The notes beneath the pieces are model-generated. The model saw only the letters and a program-made list of their open reading frames with translations, did not search any database and was not told where the DNA came from. This document shows, piece after piece, positions 49,836-58,932 of a DNA stretch of 64,000 nt. Position numbers and translations under genes: made by a program. The stretch spans positions 369,936 to 433,935 of the forward strand of contig CAYLMU010000001.1 of NCBI GenBank assembly GCA_964385105.1, read 5' to 3'. Positions within the stretch are counted from its first letter, which is position 1, and every line of letters starts with the position of its first letter. The DNA is from an uncultured Candidatus Saccharibacteria bacterium. GTDB taxonomy: Bacteria; Patescibacteriota; WWE3; UBA101185; UBA10185.

Positions 49836-51686
49836 ATGGAGTTAAAGTTTGACCCGAATAAACCTAAATACGAGTATATAACTTCTCATTCTGAGGCGGA
49901 AAAAGTATTTGAGAAATTAAAAGATGAAAAAATGCTTGCGGTTGACGTAGAGGCGAGCAGTCTTGATCCGTTTACCGGTATTTTGTTTTTGGTTCAAATT
50001 GGAACAGCCCACATTAGCTACGTTTTTGATGCAAGAACCGTTTCCTTAAAAGATATTAGCTTGTACAAACAAATCATGGAGGACAATAAAGTAATAAAAC
50101 TTTTGCACAATGCATCTTTTGACTATAAATATTTAAAATTGCATACAGGGGTTGAGCTAAAAAATATATATGACACGATGTTGGCCGAGGGAATTTTAAC
50201 TTCTGGTATGTCGTCTCAAAGAACATCACTTATTGAGACGGTAAAAAGGCACTTGGATGACGGAATTATTGAAAAAGATACTCAAATGTCATTTACCAAA
50301 ATGTCTCCTAATGAGCGCATGACTGAAGATCAGTTAATTTATTCTGCAAAAGACACTTTGGTGTTGTTTCCGTTGTTTGAAATTCAGTCGCCGAAGTTAA
50401 AAAAAGAAAATCTTATAAACATAGCAAAACTTGAATTTGCCGTTGCGCCGGTTGTTGCCGAAATTGAACTAAGAGGTGTGTATTTAAATGCAGAAAAGTG
50501 GCGAGATATTATAAAAAATCTTCAGACCAAACGAGATGCGCTGGCGGCAGAGTTTCAAGAAGCGATTAGGCCTTATTACTCAGTTTCTCAATCGGGTTTA
50601 TTTGGAGGTCAGGCCGATTCAATTAATATGAATAGCCCGGTACAGTTAATGGAATTGTTTAACGGTAAACTGGGATTAAATGTTCCTTCAACTGGTAGTC
50701 AGATATTAACAACAATAAATCATCCGGTAGTAAATTTGCTAAGTCAGTATCGCGGATATGAAAAGCTTATTTCAGCATTTGGAGACAGCGTGCTTGAGAA
50801 AATTAATCCCAAGACCGGTAGAATTCATCCTCACTTTATTCAGTTGCAAACTGCCACAGGAAGATTTGCGTGTGCCAGTCCTAACATACAGCAGATTCCC
50901 AGAAATTCAGAAGAAGCACCTTTTAGAACATGTTTTAATCCGGCTGAAGGGTATAAGCTGGTTGTTTCAGACTATTCTTCATTTGAGATGAGAATTCTGG
51001 CTGAGCTTTCGGGTGATGAAAAAATGATTCATGCTATTAAAGATGATTTGGATATTCATTCATATACAGCTTCATTAATGTTTGATAAGCCGTATTCTGA
51101 TGATTTTAAGAAAAAGTACCCTGATTTAAGACAAATGGCTAAGCCAATCGGGTTTGGTTTAATGTATGGTATGGGTCCGCAAGGTTTGGTTTCATCAATT
51201 AGAACACAGTCGGGTACCGATGTTACGGTTGAGCAAAGCGAAGACCTAATCAACAGGTACTTTAAGTCATATCCAAGTGTTAAGAAATTTTTGGATAATC
51301 AGGCACGAAACGCAGTAAGATTGGGTTATAGCACAACACCTGCCGGAAGAAAAAGATGGTATCAAATACCTGAAAAATCAGACCCCGATTACAGAAGAAA
51401 AATAGGCAAAATTGAACGGGAAGCCAAGAACCACCCGATTCAAGGTACAAATGCAGATGCAATTAAGTTTGCTCTAAACTTTGTTCATCAGAGAATGAAA
51501 AAAGACGGGATTGACGGGGGCATAATTTTGACTGTTCATGACGAAATTGCATGTGAAGTACGTGAAGATCAGGCCGAAGATTTTGCTGAGGTATTGTCAT
51601 ATGAGATGAGACGTGCCGGTGAGCTGTTTTTAAAGACAGTACCTGTTAAATCAGACCCTTTTGTAGGCGATGTATGGGAACATTAG
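49836..51686 (+). CDS. Family A DNA polymerase with 3'-5' exonuclease and no 5'-3' nuclease domain
   Basis: ExoI DVE, ExoII HNASFD, ExoIII YSAKD; motif A DYSSFEMR, motif B R..AK..GFG..YG, motif C VHDE; start at 49830 or 49836. Confidence 0.9.
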   Translation: MELKFDPNKPKYEYITSHSEAEKVFEKLKDEKMLAVDVEASSLDPFTGILFLVQIGTAHISYVFDARTVSLKDISLYKQIMEDNKVIKLLHNASFDYKYLKLHTGVELKNIYDTMLAEGILTSGMSSQRTSLIETVKRHLDDGIIEKDTQMSFTKMSPNERMTEDQLIYSAKDTLVLFPLFEIQSPKLKKENLINIAKLEFAVAPVVAEIELRGVYLNAEKWRDIIKNLQTKRDALAAEFQEAIRPYYSVSQSGLFGGQADSINMNSPVQLMELFNGKLGLNVPSTGSQILTTINHPVVNLLSQYRGYEKLISAFGDSVLEKINPKTGRIHPHFIQLQTATGRFACASPNIQQIPRNSEEAPFRTCFNPAEGYKLVVSDYSSFEMRILAELSGDEKMIHAIKDDLDIHSYTASLMFDKPYSDDFKKKYPDLRQMAKPIGFGLMYGMGPQGLVSSIRTQSGTDVTVEQSEDLINRYFKSYPSVKKFLDNQARNAVRLGYSTTPAGRKRWYQIPEKSDPDYRRKIGKIEREAKNHPIQGTNADAIKFALNFVHQRMKKDGIDGGIILTVHDEIACEVREDQAEDFAEVLSYEMRRAGELFLKTVPVKSDPFVGDVWEH

Positions 51687-51730
51687 CGCAGTCTATGGGT
51701 TATGTTCGGTAAAAGTGTTTATAAATCAGC

Positions 51731-51757
51731 TTATCAGACGGGTTGCAAGAGTGCTAA
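51731..51757 (+). promoter_or_regulatory. CIRCE-like (HrcA) operator upstream of the Clp ATPase
   Basis: TTATCAGAC-N9-GAGTGCTAA: right arm perfect, left arm 6/9 to TTAGCACTC, exact 9-nt spacer. Confidence 0.6.
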
Positions 51758-51776
51758 TTTGTGGTAATATCTATTC

Positions 51777-53870
51777 ATGGCTGTAATCTGTCACAAATGC
51801 GGTCAAAGACCCGCAGTAATATCCGTAAATAAAATTGTAGATGGTAAGCAGGTGTATATGGCACTCTGTGAAGTGTGTTATACCGAATTGCAAAAAGAAA
51901 CATCATCTACTTCAAAGCTTGATAAATTCGGTCGTGATTTAACTAAAATGGCAAAAGAAGGCAAGCTTGACCCGGTAATTGGCCGTGAAGATGAAATAGA
52001 GCGAGTTGTACATATACTTTCAAGACGAACTAAAAATAATCCTGTGTTAATTGGAGACCCCGGTGTTGGAAAAACCGCAATTGCTGAAGGTTTGGCTCAA
52101 CGCATTATAAAAGGGCTAGTACCTGAACCTTTAAGAAATAAAAGAGTATTTGCACTTGATCTAGCTTTAGTTGTTGCAGGAACCACTCACCGCGGAATGT
52201 TTGAAAAAAGATTAAAAGACATTTTGGATGAAATAATTGATTCTCAAGGTCAAATAATATTGTTTTTGGACGAGTTACACACTGTTGTAGGTGCCGGTTC
52301 GGCCGAAGGCTCAATGGATGCGGCAAATATATTAAAACCGTCACTTTCACGTGGAGAATTGCAAATGGTTGGTGCGACAACTATTGATGAATACAGAAGA
52401 TATATTGAAAAAGATGCCGCGCTTGAGAGAAGATTTCAACCGATTGTTGTAAATGAACCATCGCAGGAAGAAACTATAGAAATTATAGAAGGACTTCGTG
52501 AAGAATATGAAAAACATCATCAGGTAAAAATTTCAGATGAAGCAATAAAAGCATCGGTAAAGATGTCTGATAGATATATTAGTGACCGATTTTTGCCGGA
52601 TAAAGCAATAGACCTGGTCGATGAGGCTTCTGCATTGGTAAGACTTTCACAGGTTGAAGAGCCTGAAAACTTAAAACAAGTTGAAGAAAATTTAAAGAAC
52701 ATTAAAGAACAGCTTAGAAATGAGGATTTGAGTGAAGAACAGGCAAAAGAGCTTGAAGAACAGCGTGACGATTTGGAAAAAGTTAAAGAAGAGCTTATAG
52801 ATATTTGGACAAAAACAAAGCTTGAAAGAATTCCCACAGTTCAAGAAGATGATGTTCTAAAAGTTGTGTCACGTGCAAGTGGCATTCCGCTTGAAAGACT
52901 AAGCGTTGCTGAAAAAGAGAAATTGCTGAATTTAGAAAGCAAGATACATGAACGTATTGTAGGACAGAATGAAGCGGTTGAAATGGTTTCTGAGGCCATA
53001 AGGCGTGCAAGGGCAGGTTTAAAAGATCCAAAGAGGCCTATTGGGTCATTTTTGTTCTTAGGACCAACAGGTATTGGTAAAACCGAACTTTCAAAAGCAC
53101 TGGCCGAAGTATTATACGGTGACGAAGACATGTTGGTAAGACTTGATATGAGTGAATACATGGAAAAACATACTGTAAGTAAACTTATTGGAGCACCTCC
53201 GGGGTACGTGGGATTTGAAAGAGGCGGAAACTTGACTGACATTGTTAGAAAAAAGCCATTTTCTATAGTATTGCTTGATGAAGTTGAAAAAGCTCATCCT
53301 GATGTATTTAATACTTTATTACAAATTATGGAAGACGGCCGACTTACTGACAGCAAAGGTAGAACAGTAGACTTTAAGAACACAATTATAATTATGACAT
53401 CAAACGTAGGGTCTGAGTGGTTACAAAGATCTGACATTGGATTTGGTATGGCCGGAGACAAAAAGGTTAGAGGTAAAAAAGAAGACTTTGAACAAAAAGT
53501 ATTTAAAGCTTTGCGTGAAAGTTTCAGACCTGAATTTTTGAATAGAATAGATGAGATTGTGATATTTGGCACATTGACCAAAGAAGATATTATGGAAATC
53601 GCAAATAGATTGTTGGCTCATACTCAAAAACGTCTTGCAGAACAAGAAATTGGAGTTGTATTTGAACAGCCGGCAAAAGAGTTGATTGTAGAAAAAGGTT
53701 ATGACGAAGAATTTGGTGCAAGGCCATTGCGCAGAGTTATACAAAAAGAAGTAGACAACAAGCTTTCTGACAAAATAATTGCAGGTGAAATTCAAGCCGG
53801 CGATACAGTTAGTGTGAGTGCCGAGAAGGGTGAGATTATGTTAAAGGTTGAATCTAGCGTTACGGTTTAA
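51777..53870 (+). CDS. Clp/Hsp100 ATPase with N-terminal zinc finger (ClpE/ClpC-like)
   Basis: CxxC-x22-CxxC N-terminus; two AAA+ modules ([16 protein letters not shown]), [19 protein letters not shown]. Confidence 0.92.
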   Translation: MAVICHKCGQRPAVISVNKIVDGKQVYMALCEVCYTELQKETSSTSKLDKFGRDLTKMAKEGKLDPVIGREDEIERVVHILSRRTKNNPVLIGDPGVGKTAIAEGLAQRIIKGLVPEPLRNKRVFALDLALVVAGTTHRGMFEKRLKDILDEIIDSQGQIILFLDELHTVVGAGSAEGSMDAANILKPSLSRGELQMVGATTIDEYRRYIEKDAALERRFQPIVVNEPSQEETIEIIEGLREEYEKHHQVKISDEAIKASVKMSDRYISDRFLPDKAIDLVDEASALVRLSQVEEPENLKQVEENLKNIKEQLRNEDLSEEQAKELEEQRDDLEKVKEELIDIWTKTKLERIPTVQEDDVLKVVSRASGIPLERLSVAEKEKLLNLESKIHERIVGQNEAVEMVSEAIRRARAGLKDPKRPIGSFLFLGPTGIGKTELSKALAEVLYGDEDMLVRLDMSEYMEKHTVSKLIGAPPGYVGFERGGNLTDIVRKKPFSIVLLDEVEKAHPDVFNTLLQIMEDGRLTDSKGRTVDFKNTIIIMTSNVGSEWLQRSDIGFGMAGDKKVRGKKEDFEQKVFKALRESFRPEFLNRIDEIVIFGTLTKEDIMEIANRLLAHTQKRLAEQEIGVVFEQPAKELIVEKGYDEEFGARPLRRVIQKEVDNKLSDKIIAGEIQAGDTVSVSAEKGEIMLKVESSVTV

Positions 53871-53896
53871 GTTATAGTTAATTTATAGGCAATTCC

Positions 53897-53925
53897 TTGA
53901 AATTTATGCGGTAAATAGGTATACT
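53897..53925 (+). promoter_or_regulatory. Sigma70-type promoter of rplS: TTGAAA-N17-TATACT
   Basis: Near-consensus hexamers with 17-bp spacer. Confidence 0.7.
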
Positions 53926-53936
53926 CACTACTGCAC

Positions 53937-54302
53937 ATGGCAGAAAATCAAGACCAAGTACAAGAAAATACATCTACAGCTATAGCCGAAGTAAAAGAAG
54001 TTCCTGACTTTAGAGCCGGTGACACGATTGAAGTTCATTACAGAATTACTGAAGGTGACAAAACCAGAATTCAGCCGTATGAAGGTGTTGTTATATCAAA
54101 AAAAGGTGAAGGTGTTTCAAAAACTTTTACTGTTAGAAAAATTGGTGCAGACGGAATTGGTGTAGAAAGAATATTTCCATTGTATTCTCCAAACATTGAA
54201 AAACTTTTGGTTAAGAAAAAGGCCAAAGTACGAAGAGCAAAGCTTTATTACCTAAGAGAAAAGAAGGGTAGAGCTGCCGTTAGACTTAAAGAACTTAAAT
54301 AA
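53937..54302 (+). CDS. rplS: 50S ribosomal protein L19
   Basis: [37 protein letters not shown]. Confidence 0.97.
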   Translation: MAENQDQVQENTSTAIAEVKEVPDFRAGDTIEVHYRITEGDKTRIQPYEGVVISKKGEGVSKTFTVRKIGADGIGVERIFPLYSPNIEKLLVKKKAKVRRAKLYYLREKKGRAAVRLKELK

Positions 54303-54345
54303 TTTGCCTGTTTACGATGTTGTACGTGAATAGGCTTTGTTGTTA

Positions 54346-54372
54346 TCCTGAGTAAAATCAGGACTTTTTTTT
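54346..54372 (+). terminator. Intrinsic terminator after rplS, preceded by a second hairpin at 54306-54335
   Basis: TCCTGA-gtaaaa-TCAGGA followed by C-T8. Confidence 0.7.
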
Positions 54373-54456
54373 GAAAAATTGCTAAAATTAACAGGTTTTA
54401 CGGTTTTCATTCTCAAAAAGAAGGCTGTATTACTTAGGATTTTTTATGACTTTTGA

Positions 54457-54531
54457 GGGGGCGTAGCTCAGTGGTAGAGCATCTGGCTTTTAACCAGAGT
54501 GTCGTGAGTTCGATCCTCACCGCCCTCACCA
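54457..54531 (+). tRNA. tRNA-Lys(TTT)
   Basis: GGGGGCG TAGCTCAGTGGTAGAGC A TCTGG-CTTTTAA-CCAGA...GTTCGATCC...CGCCCTC ACCA. Confidence 0.95.
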
Positions 54532-54604
54532 TGAAAAAACGGTAGTGCCGAAGGTACTAGCGATTTTTCATTATGAAAGTAGGATCGAATGCCGCAGCTG
54601 CGAC
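54501..54604. repeat. Long imperfect inverted repeat spanning the tRNA-Lys 3' half and its downstream flank
   Basis: gtcgtg/tgcgac, ttcgatcctcac/gtaggatcgaa, atgaaaaaacg/cgatttttcat, tagtgcc-gaa-ggtacta. Confidence 0.7.
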
Positions 54605-54655
54605 CTTTAATTATTTACTTTACTGAAAATAGGAATTAACATATATTATCTATAT

Positions 54656-55264
54656 ATGTATAGCGTCAAACAAATAATCCAAGGATATGCCAAAAAAATA
54701 GATAATGGCTGGTTAGCATCATCAAGCACTATACTAATTCAAGGCTCTGAAAAAAACATATTAGTAGATTCGGGGATAAATAAACTATTACTATTGGAAA
54801 CTTTAGAAAAAGAAGAACTATCAACTGACGATATAGATATTATATTTATGACTCATTTTCACCCAGATCATATTTTTCTTGTTGGTTTATTTGATAATGC
54901 GATAGCTTTAGATGGAGAAACAATCTATACAAAAGATTTAGAAGAAGAATATATTGGAAATATACCAGGTACTAATATTAAATTATTACCAACTCCCGGA
55001 CACGCAAATGAACACACCTCATTAATTGTTGAAAATGAAAACGGTGAAGTCATAGTTGTTGCTCAAGATGTATTTTGGTGGACCGATCAGGAAGAACAAA
55101 TAGTTAAAGACTATGATGCATTAATAAACAAAGAGGATCCCTTTATGGTTGATTTTTCGGCATTGAAAGAAAGTAGAAGAAAGGTTTTAGAAATTGCTGA
55201 TTATATAATACCTGGACATGGGAAGATGTTTGAGAATTTGCACAAAGGTACAATTCATGATTAA
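54656..55264 (+). CDS. Metallo-beta-lactamase fold hydrolase
   Basis: LVDSG, THFHPDH, TPGH, IIPGHG. Confidence 0.85.
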   Translation: MYSVKQIIQGYAKKIDNGWLASSSTILIQGSEKNILVDSGINKLLLLETLEKEELSTDDIDIIFMTHFHPDHIFLVGLFDNAIALDGETIYTKDLEEEYIGNIPGTNIKLLPTPGHANEHTSLIVENENGEVIVVAQDVFWWTDQEEQIVKDYDALINKEDPFMVDFSALKESRRKVLEIADYIIPGHGKMFENLHKGTIHD

Positions 55265-55862
55265 AGCAATGAGTTTCGACTTAGATGGTGTGTTTTTTAC
55301 ACAACAAAGCTTTAAGGATTTTAAGAAACACCTACCTAAAAGAGTTGAAGATAAAGAGACAGTTGATTATGTTTTTCATAACTCACAAGAAATGCTTGAT
55401 TTTAAGTCAGGAAAAATATCTGAAGAAGAATTCTGGAACTTTGCAACTAAAACTCTACAAATTGAGGGTGACTTTGATGATATATGTTCTGTGTTTAGAG
55501 AAGTTTATACCATTAACAATGATGTTGCGAATTATGTAAGAGAAGTTAAAATCGCAGGTTATAAAACCTGTATTTGTTCTAACAATTTTGAAACCAGGGT
55601 TAGAGAAGTGGATAACGAATGGGGTTTCTTAGATTTGTTTGATGTAAAGATATTTTCGTATCAAGTTGGATTTCTTAAACCGGATAAAAGAATATTTCAA
55701 GCTCTTATTGATGCATCAGAAGTAAAACCAGGAGAAATAGTATATTCCGATGATGGTGAGGATAAAATACAAGGAGCTTTAGAATTAGGAATAAATGCTT
55801 TTGTTTATGAAAACTTTGAACAGTTTAAAAATAAGTTGACTAGCTTAGGAGTAAAAACATGA
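55257..55862 (+). CDS. HAD family phosphatase (YihX-like), start at ATG 55257
   Basis: FDLDGV, CSN, KPD.RIF, DD...I.GA..LG. Confidence 0.85.
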   Translation: MIKAMSFDLDGVFFTQQSFKDFKKHLPKRVEDKETVDYVFHNSQEMLDFKSGKISEEEFWNFATKTLQIEGDFDDICSVFREVYTINNDVANYVREVKIAGYKTCICSNNFETRVREVDNEWGFLDLFDVKIFSYQVGFLKPDKRIFQALIDASEVKPGEIVYSDDGEDKIQGALELGINAFVYENFEQFKNKLTSLGVKT

Positions 55863-56527
55863 ATTTGATAGACAAGTGGAATAAAAGCCATCTGGGAATA
55901 CCTAAAGATAAGAGTGTTTCAGCTTATGCTTTAGAAAAAGAGGCAGAATTTCCAAGAAATAGTACAGTCTTAGATTTAGGAGGAGGTACTGGTGTTGACG
56001 CAGTATATTTCGCTGAAAAAGGACACAATGTAACTCTAGCAGATATATCACCTTTAGCATTAGAAGTTGCAAAAGAAAAAGCTAAAAATAAAGATGTAAA
56101 CATAAAAACTGAGCAGGTAAATATAGGTAAGGATCCTTTACCGTTTGAAGACAGTACTTTCGATATAGTTTACTCCCGTCTTGTCTTACATTACTTCGAT
56201 AAAAGCACTACATCAGCTATCTTTAGTGAAATTAACAGAATATTAAAGAAAAGCGGTATTGCCTACATAACAATAAAATCACCTGATGATGAAAAAGAAA
56301 TGGAATACCTGAAATCAAATGCCTCAGAAATAGAAGAAAATGTATTTTTAGAAGAAGGTGACATAAAAAGTAGATATTCTATTGAACAATTAGAGAATAT
56401 TCTAAAAGAAGCTGGTATTGAGAACTTTGAAGTCATAGAATATGAAGAAGATTTACATGGCAGAGTTGATAAAGTTAAGTCAGGCAATAAAGTTTTATTA
56501 TTAAATGAAATATCATGGAAGAAATAA
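55859..56527 (+). CDS. Class I SAM-dependent methyltransferase
   Basis: VLDLGGGTG, DIS, LPF....FDIVY....LH. Confidence 0.88.
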   Translation: MNLIDKWNKSHLGIPKDKSVSAYALEKEAEFPRNSTVLDLGGGTGVDAVYFAEKGHNVTLADISPLALEVAKEKAKNKDVNIKTEQVNIGKDPLPFEDSTFDIVYSRLVLHYFDKSTTSAIFSEINRILKKSGIAYITIKSPDDEKEMEYLKSNASEIEENVFLEEGDIKSRYSIEQLENILKEAGIENFEVIEYEEDLHGRVDKVKSGNKVLLLNEISWKK

Positions 56528-56922
56528 AAGACTGTATTTTTTGTAAACTAATCAAAGAAGGAAAGTTAGAAGAAAGAACTATACTCAAGTCTGAGAAATT
56601 TATAGCTTTCTTAGATGCACATCCATTAGTTGAGGGTCATACATTAGTTATACCAGTAGAACATAAAGAATGGGTTTGGGAAGTCAGTAACTTTGAAGAT
56701 TACAATAATTTTTCAAAGGAAGTAGCCAATCTTCTTAGAGAAAGACTAAACATAGCCAAGATTGATGTCCTTGTATCAGGCGGTACTGTTCCACATGCTC
56801 ATATACATCTTTTACCATCAATCGAGGGTAGATGGGCTAAAATAAAGGATTATCTAAGAGAGCAAAGAAAAGAAGTAAAAGAGCCACCGAGTGAAGAAAC
56901 AGTACAAAAACTAAGACAATGA
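56515..56922 (+). CDS. HIT family nucleotide hydrolase
   Basis: DCIFCK, GHTLVIP..H, VPHAHIHLLP. Confidence 0.9.
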   Translation: MEEIKDCIFCKLIKEGKLEERTILKSEKFIAFLDAHPLVEGHTLVIPVEHKEWVWEVSNFEDYNNFSKEVANLLRERLNIAKIDVLVSGGTVPHAHIHLLPSIEGRWAKIKDYLREQRKEVKEPPSEETVQKLRQ

Positions 56923-56931
56923 CCTATATAT

Positions 56932-57366
56932 ATGTCCGAAGATGTAACTATTAGAAAAATGGAAAAAACCGATTTACAAGCTGTTTCCCAGCTCTTTAGA
57001 GAAGTATTTAACAGCGAAGGTGAAAATTGGTCAGATAAAACAGCTACAAGCCATGTAGAGCAAAACTTCTTTGGCGATAGTCATTGGGTAGCAGAAAAAG
57101 GTAATAAAATAGTTGGATTTTTAATGGGTATTGTATTAACAAGAGAAAAGGGTGAAGAATTATTTATAGACTCTGTGGTAGTAGATAAGTCAGTACAGGG
57201 TAATGGGATCGGTAAAGAGCTTTGGAGTAGAGCAGAGATGTTTGTAAAAGAAAACAAATTAAAGGGTATTAGATTGTTAGCAAATCCACAGTTTGACTCA
57301 TATAACTGGTATAAAAAAATGGGCTACAACGAAAGTGAGTGGATAGAGCTTTATAGAGAGTTTTAA
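56932..57366 (+). CDS. GNAT family N-acetyltransferase
   Basis: V....QGNGIGK.L acetyl-CoA motif, WYKKMGY. Confidence 0.88.
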   Translation: MSEDVTIRKMEKTDLQAVSQLFREVFNSEGENWSDKTATSHVEQNFFGDSHWVAEKGNKIVGFLMGIVLTREKGEELFIDSVVVDKSVQGNGIGKELWSRAEMFVKENKLKGIRLLANPQFDSYNWYKKMGYNESEWIELYREF

Positions 57367-57474
57367 GTTTTTTTTATCCGCTAAAACTAATTAAAACTCA
57401 GCCAATTCAGAATCACACTTTTCTGATTCTTTATCAATTCATATATTTAATATAAGTTAAGTTATAATGACTTT

Positions 57475-57762
57475 ATGTCTCTTGACGAACTTCAGGAACA
57501 AGTAAAAAAACTTTATGAAAAAAACGGTGGGAATACGCCTTCGGAGTTGTTACTTATTGCGATGCAGGAAGAATTAGGTGAAATAAGTGCAAGGTTTTTA
57601 GCTGAACATCCAGATTACAAAAAAGACATTGGTCATACACACCCACTTAATGAAGAAATCGGCGACTTAATCACTTTAATTTTAGCTTTTTGTAATAGGA
57701 ATGGTATAAATGCATCTGAATGGGTTGAGAATACGATTAATAAAAGAAGCGGTCAGGGTTAG
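57475..57762 (+). CDS. MazG-like nucleotide pyrophosphohydrolase
   Basis: EELGE...EEIGDL motif in a 95-aa helical protein. Confidence 0.8.
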   Translation: MSLDELQEQVKKLYEKNGGNTPSELLLIAMQEELGEISARFLAEHPDYKKDIGHTHPLNEEIGDLITLILAFCNRNGINASEWVENTINKRSGQG

Positions 57763-57879
57763 TCAAGTCAGGTCGTCCAATTATATTGATGTATAAACAT
57801 ATGAAATTAGTAGGGTATAATAAATATTATGCCGATTCCAAGTCATATCTTTGATAATGTGTTAAATTAACCTCACAAA

Positions 57880-57993
57880 ATGCAATCAAAAACCCAAAAA
57901 TGTCCAAACTGCGGAAATTCGATGAACTCAATTAAAGGCGCAACAAAAGCAATATGTAAAAACTGTGGGCTAAAAGACGGGTGTTGTTATTGA
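57880..57993 (+). CDS. 37-aa CPxCG-type zinc-finger microprotein (not in the ORF track)
   Basis: MQSKTQKCPNCGNSMNSIKGATKAICKNCGLKDGCCY. Confidence 0.7.
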   Translation: MQSKTQKCPNCGNSMNSIKGATKAICKNCGLKDGCCY

Positions 57994-57997
57994 GATT

Positions 57998-58708
57998 TTA
58001 TTTATTAATGTAGCTCTTATACAACACAACCCCAACCGCCATAGACAAATTCAGTGAATCAATACTATTTTCATGCTCAATGTGCACACTTTCGCCTATA
58101 TTTAAAAACGAATCATCAAGACCGCTGCTTTCAGGGCCAAAAACCAGCGAAAAAGGTTTGGCAAAAGTTGTGTTTTTGAGTTTTTTGTTGCCATTAAGCA
58201 TAAACGTGTAAATAGAATTTTGTGGAAATTTTTGCTGATAGCTTTTAAAACTGTCGAAGTATTCAAAATTAATATCAAAAAGTGAACCCATTGATGCCCG
58301 GATTGTTTTTGGGTCAAATACATCTACACCCGGTCTTATTACAATTAAGTTATAAACCCCAAAACCTGACATTGTTCTAATAATTGTTCCTAAATTACCC
58401 GGATCGGTAGGATTAACCAAAACAAGATGATTTTCGCCATTTTTTACATTACTATCGTATTTTTTAAAAAACCCTGCTGCGTAGGTGTTTTCTTTGACCG
58501 AAACCTTTTTTAAGTTTTTTAAACTATATTCAAATTCAATGTTTTTTTCGGTGCAAAGCTTTTTTATTTCTTGAACGCCTTTGTTGGCATCACTTTTTGG
58601 ATTTAAAACAACTTTTATTATTTCGCCTGGTTTTTTATTAATTAGTTCAAGTGTTGGGTAAACTCCAAGTGTATATGTATAGTTTAATTTTTTTGTATAT
58701 TTTTTCAT
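57998..58708 (-). CDS. TrmH/SpoU family RNA methyltransferase
   Basis: DPGNLGTIIRT, RASMGS, LVFGPESSGL, DSLNLSMA. Confidence 0.92.
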   Translation of the reverse strand: MKKYTKKLNYTYTLGVYPTLELINKKPGEIIKVVLNPKSDANKGVQEIKKLCTEKNIEFEYSLKNLKKVSVKENTYAAGFFKKYDSNVKNGENHLVLVNPTDPGNLGTIIRTMSGFGVYNLIVIRPGVDVFDPKTIRASMGSLFDINFEYFDSFKSYQQKFPQNSIYTFMLNGNKKLKNTTFAKPFSLVFGPESSGLDDSFLNIGESVHIEHENSIDSLNLSMAVGVVLYKSYINK

Positions 58709-58766
58709 ATTAGCTTTGGTAGCGGTTTCATAATATTATGTTTTTGTTATTACAGCAATGATATAT

Positions 58767-58796
58767 TTGACAAATTAAAAAAGTAAGTAGTAAGAT
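58767..58796 (+). promoter_or_regulatory. Promoter TTGACA-N18-TAAGAT for the leader/ATP-grasp transcript
   Basis: Perfect -35, near-consensus -10. Confidence 0.7.
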
Positions 58797-58812
58797 TAAG
58801 CATTAAATAATT

Positions 58813-58905
58813 ATGAAGTCACATAATTTATTAAAAGTTAATAGTTTAAGTAAAGTTTTTGGTCTCTTTATTATGTTCACGACAGAGAGGGCCGGAGGCA
58901 TGTAG
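58813..58905 (+). CDS. Putative 30-aa leader (attenuator) peptide
   Basis: MKSHNLLKVNSLSKVFGLFIMFTTERAGGM*; its last codons carry the antiterminator strand. Confidence 0.6.
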   Translation: MKSHNLLKVNSLSKVFGLFIMFTTERAGGM

Positions 58906-58932
58906 CTTAAGTTACTAACTTTTAAAAATACT

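Noticed and set aside
26469-51686. Inteins or introns in nrdJ, polX or polA
   Set aside because: Protein lengths and motif spacing are uninterrupted; no intein splice motifs seen.
614-53870. Alternative genetic code (TGA as Gly, as in Gracilibacteria/Absconditabacteria)
   Set aside because: Core genes are full length under code 11, and several end at TGA at the expected position (uvrA, ileS).
54656-57366. Integron cassette array
   Set aside because: The genes overlap or abut, leaving no room for attC sites between them, and no intI is present.
57871-57876. CCTCAC as an attR copy of the tRNA-Lys 3' end
   Set aside because: A 6-bp match is expected by chance.
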